From: Schizochytrium sp. TIO01
Taxonomy: Eukaryota > Protista > Bigyra: Labyrinthulomycetes
Direction of reading: 5' to 3'
DNA length: 64,000 nt
Assembly (NCBI GenBank): GCA_004764695.1
Contig: SMSO01000004.1
Coordinates: 806,001 to 870,000 of the forward strand
Made by a program: the position numbers and the translations under genes. Shown here piece after piece: positions 62,401 through 64,000 of the stretch. Numbering within the stretch: the stretch's first letter is position 1; the number at the start of each line of letters is the position of its first letter. The notes beneath the pieces are model-generated. The model was not told the origin of the DNA. It searched no databases and was given only the letters and a program-made list of their open reading frames with translations.

Positions 62401-64000
62401 TTTTGGATCTTTTAATTTGGTGTCAACATGACACTCATAAAAACACAAGTGGCTACTTGACTTGGGCCTCACTAAAGCTCCAATCTAGTACAGTAAAGCC
62501 CTCACATAAGGTCAAGGTTGGCATGTCAAAGATTACAAGTGGAAGCACCATATTATGTGAGTTTGAAAATGTAACACAATTGCAGCAGTCTCTGTTTGAT
62601 GATGGGACGCTTCCAATTATCGTTTCGCAGAATTTTAATTGGGTATCAAGATCACCTGCATGGCTGAAACATTGTCTGGCTCAAGTAGGATGGCGTAAAC
62701 CAGACTGGCTTGTTACCGATGTGAAGTCTTCTCTAGACGAAAGAATGCTGCGGCTAACATTTTCAAAGCCACTTCCTCGGCCGAGCGGGTACTTCTGGGT
62801 TCCCGAGCTACTGGGCGAATGCGTTATGGCACTTGGATTAGTTCAGGCCAGGAGGCACGAGGTAGACAGTCAATCTAGAGTTGATGTCCCTCCATCGCTG
62901 AGTTTTGTAGAAACAATGGTTTGCTCACTTTCCAATATATTATTCCACGTGCAAGATTCTTCATTCGTTGGGCCGCTGGAGTGCACCATTGAAGCAACTC
63001 GTGGCCTTCTTCACATTACTAGCTGTGAAACTGGTCACGTACTTTTTTATCTTAAGGGTGCTCGCTGCGAGTTTGGAAAGGAAATTGGAGAAACAACCTC
63101 CTACGTCCGGCGTTGGATTCCCCATGTGAGGCCATCATTTCCCCGACAGATCACTGGCGATAGCAGATTCACCATGAACGATGTCAAGAAGTATGTACAT
63201 CCTCGGGAGGTGAAAGACAGGGTGGGAGATGAGGCGCTAGAGGTTTACTGCGCACATTATATTAGGCGCGCCCTTTCAATGCTGCCAGCAGGATTTATAC
63301 CCGCCGAACCGCATCTCCAGTTCTTATTAAATAGATGGAAAGATCAATATTCCAATGCTCAAAGTTTTGAGAGTTTGAAAGATATTGAACCCACAGGGGT
63401 GGAATACGAATTTGCTCAGAATTGTGTAGAAGCTCTACCTGAAATCATGCAAGGAAGGCGACCCGCTTTGGATGTCTTATTTTCTAAGCCGGATCTTACA
63501 ACGCGACTGTATAGTGAGTCAACTCCTTCCCTCACCTGCAACAACGCAATTGCACAAGCTGTAAAGGGCATTGCTCAGTCAAAGTATTCATCTGAGGGCG
63601 ATTCAAAGGTTCTCCGCATCCTTGAGTTGGGCGCAGGAACAGGAGGCACAACTATGCATTTGGTCAAATTTTTGAAGTTGCATCAAACGGAATACTTCTT
63701 CACAGATATTTCAGATTACTTCTTACGGCAAGCAGAAGAAACATTCTCAGCATACTCAGACATGATGCGATACACGCTCTTGAATGTCGAAAATTCCCTT
63801 CATGAACAAGGATTTGCAATGCACCAATTTGATGTGATTATTGCATCCAACATCATCCATGCAACACAAGAGCTTCATGTAACTCTTGGTCATATTGCTG
63901 ACCTTTTAGTTCCTGGAGGTTGCTTTCTATTAAATGAAGCCACAATATCAACCGCGTTTCTAGATGCCACGTTTGCGCTCACAAGTGGATGGTGGCGATT
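49737..64000 (+). CDS. Giant modular type I polyketide synthase, AT-less (trans-AT type), 3' truncated by the window: GNAT-ACP-KS-DH-KR-ACP-KS-KR-ACP-KS-DH-KR-ACP-KS-pseudoDH-cMT...
   Basis: Manual translation from ATG 49737 (in-frame TAA upstream at 49701) finds no stop to the window end (>4750 aa). Four KS with DTACSS/HGTGT/GH, four ACP with GxDS, three KR, two intact DH and one C-methyltransferase; no AT domain. Confidence 0.97.
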   Translation, partial: MMSFSIRHATDEDLPALQHLQQFTNPSFQVSDGELLHRVKLSHEAGGALVLLVPRAELDDSSEKEHKSRSSSLEGEEIQTAQVDDDSSIESTISAGGSSEFRIAGVLYYVRRPDRDCEILRYDQVFDQSNPLADTIYWIHLVIDPQSRSLLDQFHKAACRYCFEELCADRICALTHCSDPVEGQITSLETLKEYISSMTRTDRNLFLHTSHGAKYTKLIPGYNPRDSRNAGYAVCMEYLREPVQQPVRQVRTTTEKLSAQQLHDLVCTALGRSENTNLDENQPWFDLGFDSVSLMDLHGMIEANVGQSMDVSFLFATNTLSKLIQELAVDEKLVQDYASEVSEKTEASAPTSDLGVLGIGLRFPNVDDSASDLESLEAFSHALYNDDCKPDSYRRLVQRERFSLELFSRGVTLEQARCIPLSQRVALEVSMSAIADGPPGLLDSINRCVGVFVGAWDGGCSQHPSAACLRASSAHSAAAFSNSILANRVSYYLDLTGPSVVVDTACSSSLVALDYAMKSIEAGECKAALVLGVNIIDDERTVLLRQGGFLSSTDACHAFDDRADGYARSEGAGALLIAPMQLSEITTSFTRAKICSVAVNQDGKTANLHAPNPNAQSNLIRKACAKAAIDPMCVAFVQTHGTGTRLGDPIEAAGLYSALTAASQRSRPLYLASIKSQFGHLEGAAGMIGLISTIVSLQTQELHPNRRLCQRNPAIRFNEYQMEPVPQESPVDLTPFTREGGKLIAGVSSFGFGGTNAHALLQAFGSRISQKSICSRKLINWNEDARVIPFSPALEEPLDQFYSDKIMLKLEDHKVGTLKLIPGSFWVSLLSQQYPGCYIEQLEFLAATTLPVPSNWSLTLRQATHKAYLVDMTGKNLCAATFAPMRSRPEETKSLKEAREQCAEPIDLRSFYAELGNQYGPHFQAMRDAWKDSNGTIVLARLEVNVNEVENNHGARCLSQAVIIDAAAHACFLTLNKGQGEVASLPHYAKGFGSFWCSADWIERDLASISWWCLVTKSKSSLQFDWKLFSTDGQIVMDACDFTMACSRNTRSQPQSELTFEGVTCANIVWERLSENQLGALRKVPADNVIDTPTCEKLHDCIVGILKQDERPPRICIRINEPGQEGYARSLRLEMPDWQIHTWCGPRSQDVQILESEHELLCTEDGHIAVRRLRRIKNSLNSEEAQLLVAVKKNATYIITGGAGALGRKFAAELIKRGAGKVLLLGRASTFSASKSELTEKIEYQQCDITDRNALKKIVKPVTNNLAGAFHCAGVLRDATIPNLEDFDEVFAGKVSGAECLIQVFHELHVELDFLILCSSVTACFGSAGQANYAAANSVLDALAEQNAFRNTTSIQWGPWQGGSSMAAASLARWQRLGLNPMDPKMACNSLFSLRKNCGPVICITHLDHTAPGAQSSWAKSPLACDLVTESKNLSQVNCSTDINFNGSFSQQIVKTVASSFLNTENLVLETPWREAGLDSLAMVEFKNMLRTAIPDHIPMRDTVLFDYPTPQALIEYLSEFDEARNPHTESSGKQTTIEPNFDQLGSTTLEVTGAACRLPGGVDSPESFWRLLEAGTDTMTDIPIGRFDWESSADRIYARKAAFVDHVERFDYSRFNITEVEASNMDPQQRLVLQVAADAIEQADLQPNTRVGVFVGVMTNDWARMMDPATPTAYSAAGQIPCILANRVSYILGLQGPSMAIDTACSSGLVALDTAAASIQRGDCNAALVIGVNLILDQGVHSEECAARMLSTVGRCATFSEDADGYARGEGCVALVLEPGSALSSNRKSWGTILGTAVNQDGRSANLTSPNGRAQVDVIRRAQARAKVSPSDISYLETHGTGTPLGDPIEVGAIVDAFKGHSHKLCLGALKTLIGHGEAVAGLSGVLKALLCLNHRRVPSDLHHHKTNPKILDIITPWIHFPQHEPFPLPEEPIAGVSAFGFGGTNAHVIVKASLAPSPLDFQSGLLYNNTISRCPRLQWTRDELVYSVGWVTLPNEQTKNWASQSNSFHIKSYHELQEVISTFSENETVELNLLTTSASVAALIRCLRLSRPRWSVKLVYISAPESKNHDLDLQNMQVDSSALEQKIDQDGMIKVPRLHKQPGFLPYSLRLERCGPILLSGASGGLGTAILESLLSAGATKIYAISRQGKPSTEKLQPLLAVALLSGVLEYLQCDVSVEIDVKQLAEKLNFENITTVLHAAGILNEKSIDQLDDEVLSTHMNVKVLGTQNLLRYFPKASFMGFSSTSSIFGMKDAPAYAMCNAAMEFEVDKARNQGRHAVAILWDLWKETGMASDRAMGSEHRGLSTRRGCQILLGILQIWHEQDSHMLVILAANLQRLRKTISEPALLDDLTTAEYVSTSQSANVTHFKAASSLQLTLADQTLETWPSLIEEWILKKSKQLQASHTSEIDSLTPWQQAGFDSLSMTEFTASLNTSLGLKGTMDELSDTVMFDHPNPNDLAKYIAELYKTTAAAASTRTTEPPMRDTRTKGSAEAEAEAAIVSIALRFPGSRENSTPAGFWDFLCSGKDAIVNIPRARIPDLATAPGENLHQVYVRKGAFLHPDLFHADISKSGLSLSDAECEIIDPHQRLSLQVAAEALASAEKTGADMTCVGVFVGAQNTEYILSQAHKVSTYTATGTALSIIANRISFVFNLTGPSMTVDTACSSSLVALDAALKALHAGDCTSALVLAVDLMLSPHRFETTCAAQMLSPQGRCATFSDQADGYARGEGCAALVITLDSTCNLPAWGVVRGIALNQDGRSANLTSPRGPAQVACIERALQRASLNSIEEVSFIEAHGTGTKLGDPQEMEALSAVFKTRTKPLPVGAVKSSIGHLEAAAGLAGIIKSLLCLKNGSVPANLHCNNLNPRLLRIQGRCPLVFPKCSVELNAKAEGRLAGVSSFGFGGTNGHVVLSGVSEERSSRAEMCFVSKLLPAKVFKLQQQLTGSSSHASQQRWKFKMLSEMTNLIRNHRVGDLSVLPATSYMEIVQPLFEGKALSFSNLDLRSMYFIPDNEEELEFDVTYDLSSEIVSIISSRDHCLRAQMNVKTNQSLVSRRVDLPVIQQRCTIELPGGDDLYQGVGNQYAGPFRSLKFAWANQDGSELLGKLSVDQNVALDVLSSAWLDAASHVALAALQPSERKQPVYAAKVIGYELADVQTKQNAAKDSFLWTYIKQVSLNTFDMQIFRKTGEVLAEVHNFSFGFFSRGASLNSGMANEQNLLWKDNWESILTTSNSSDFVSNEKMEILDVNTTPKLLTQLTHILSQHSAASLLIPIRDPGQRGLVACVRREYPHATLSTIGGEQIDLPTLQNILLIAQGLPGNVDLRLKSEDRDSSNPNLEILRGLEPIITCADELPLVQIIKGATYIITGGAGALGQHFGSYIAAYGGIVILLGRTKPEHEIPEGCTFLSCDITCNDAVKEVVRRCKDLRGIIHCAGLLKDATLQTASVADFDIISAPKIFGIKTLLQQADCKSLDFCVLFSSIAASVGSAGQSIYGSVNAELDMLAHELHCSGMNVVSIRWGPWAGAGMASSLTEKWRRMQLVPLKPEDAVRELFNIPRGMPVVTICGFIQENKEIKLEKQARESIDYQSPRTKEELINLVLNIAQEVSPDHSSFELDDSWREAGLDSLAMVEFRNVLQSRLGGSSIIEIEDTILFDYPNASLLVEWLTEKLPVQIQGETTGAASPQQNDDDSHIQSWLVTGAACRLPAGVDSLEKYWQLLCSGEHAMQKIPKSRFDIEAAFDADPSTPFKSYVDQAALVDDIYSFDNSKFGISDQEAIRMDPQQRLAVECAYEAMVSAGLAEEPTKAGTKLSLRNIKMSEVGVYVGMMTNDWAKMNHGAPSPFTATGHSPAIAANRISYLLGLTGPSMTVDTACSSSIVALDAACRALSSGDCDAAIVIGVNLILTSDLFIEECAARMLSPRGFCSTFSAEADGYARGEGCVALVLQRKKHNHVEDSQRVLGEILGVAVNQDGRSANITSPNGRAQEEVIRMALKRAHATPQQIAYVETHGTGTALGDPLEISALARVFADRETPLIIGAAKASIGHTEGASGLAGLLKALLCVYFKEVPGLASLAKKTDLSPKVRNAALEHMVFPVRGNLQSLPSNSLVGLSSFGFGGTNTHTILRASSGKAKFDLSLASRSIVWTRKTFLPRVTSVKSHGGCNKVQETSTRVENQLNPSNQKDVPQRHALLSAGSLPENECPTMFGVKSKLPTYALLDLLIWCQHDTHKNTSGYLTWASLKLQSSTVKPSHKVKVGMSKITSGSTILCEFENVTQLQQSLFDDGTLPIIVSQNFNWVSRSPAWLKHCLAQVGWRKPDWLVTDVKSSLDERMLRLTFSKPLPRPSGYFWVPELLGECVMALGLVQARRHEVDSQSRVDVPPSLSFVETMVCSLSNILFHVQDSSFVGPLECTIEATRGLLHITSCETGHVLFYLKGARCEFGKEIGETTSYVRRWIPHVRPSFPRQITGDSRFTMNDVKKYVHPREVKDRVGDEALEVYCAHYIRRALSMLPAGFIPAEPHLQFLLNRWKDQYSNAQSFESLKDIEPTGVEYEFAQNCVEALPEIMQGRRPALDVLFSKPDLTTRLYSESTPSLTCNNAIAQAVKGIAQSKYSSEGDSKVLRILELGAGTGGTTMHLVKFLKLHQTEYFFTDISDYFLRQAEETFSAYSDMMRYTLLNVENSLHEQGFAMHQFDVIIASNIIHATQELHVTLGHIADLLVPGGCFLLNEATISTAFLDATFALTSGWWR
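50510..50720 (+). other. PKS loading ACP
   Basis: PWFDLGFDSVS; Ser codon at 50607. Confidence 0.85.
50790..54300 (+). other. PKS module 1: KS-DH-KR(B-type)-ACP
   Basis: KS DTACSSS (Cys 51252), THGTGT, FGHLE; DH DHKVGTLKLIP (His 52173), IDAAAH; KR TGGAGALG, HCAGVLRD, QANYAAAN; ACP GLDSL (Ser 54174). Confidence 0.9.
54380..57150 (+). other. PKS module 2: KS-KR(non-B-type)-ACP
   Basis: KS DTACSSG (Cys 54852), HGTGT, IGHGE; KR SGASGGLG, HAAGILNE, AYAMCN; ACP GFDSL (Ser 57009). Confidence 0.9.
57235..60760 (+). other. PKS module 3: KS-DH-KR(B-type)-ACP
   Basis: KS DTACSSS (Cys 57738), HGTGT, IGHLE; DH NHRVGDLSVLP (His 58656), LDAASH; KR TGGAGALG, HCAGLLKD, QSIYGSVN; ACP GLDSL (Ser 60627). Confidence 0.9.
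60835..64000 (+). other. PKS module 4 (partial): KS-pseudoDH-C-methyltransferase
   Basis: KS DTACSSS (Cys 61368), HGTGT, IGHTE; DH-sized region lacking the catalytic His/Asp; cMT ILELGAGTGGTT, FFTDIS, FDVIIASNIIHAT, LVPGG, GWW. Confidence 0.88.

Noticed and set aside
49887-62415. Many short ORFs listed across the PKS region
   Set aside because: All are alternative-frame or antisense shadows of the single PKS reading frame.
49737-64000. Interpretation as PUFA synthase (Pfa) or type I FAS
   Set aside because: No tandem ACP array, KS-CLF pair, MAT/AT, FabA-like DH or ER. The layout is repeated modules with GNAT loading and a cMT.

Overview
Eukaryotic, nearly intron-free genomic DNA with microsatellite-rich intergenic tracts. 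Gene content and style suggest a flagellated stramenopile, probably a thraustochytrid/labyrinthulomycete (inference, not proven). The left and middle of the window encode a TBCCD1-like protein, a Pro-rich/coiled-coil protein, an androglobin-like calpain-domain protein, a giant EF-hand/FN3 protein, NPRL2, METTL17/Rsm22, a GT77-type glycosyltransferase, a type II NADH dehydrogenase, a 2OG-oxygenase-like/Ctr copper transporter fusion, a spliced mitochondrial TatB-like gene and a P-loop/PfkB kinase fusion. Region ~29.5-38.3 kb has no credible intact gene. The main discovery is absent from the ORF track because it runs off the window: one stop-free reading frame from ATG 49737 to beyond 64000 (>4750 aa, translated by hand). 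It encodes a compact, AT-less (trans-AT-type) modular type I polyketide synthase: GNAT-ACP-[KS-DH-KR-ACP]-[KS-KR-ACP]-[KS-DH-KR-ACP]-[KS-pseudoDH-cMT...]. It has a CurA-like GNAT loading module and is distinct from FAS and PUFA synthases.
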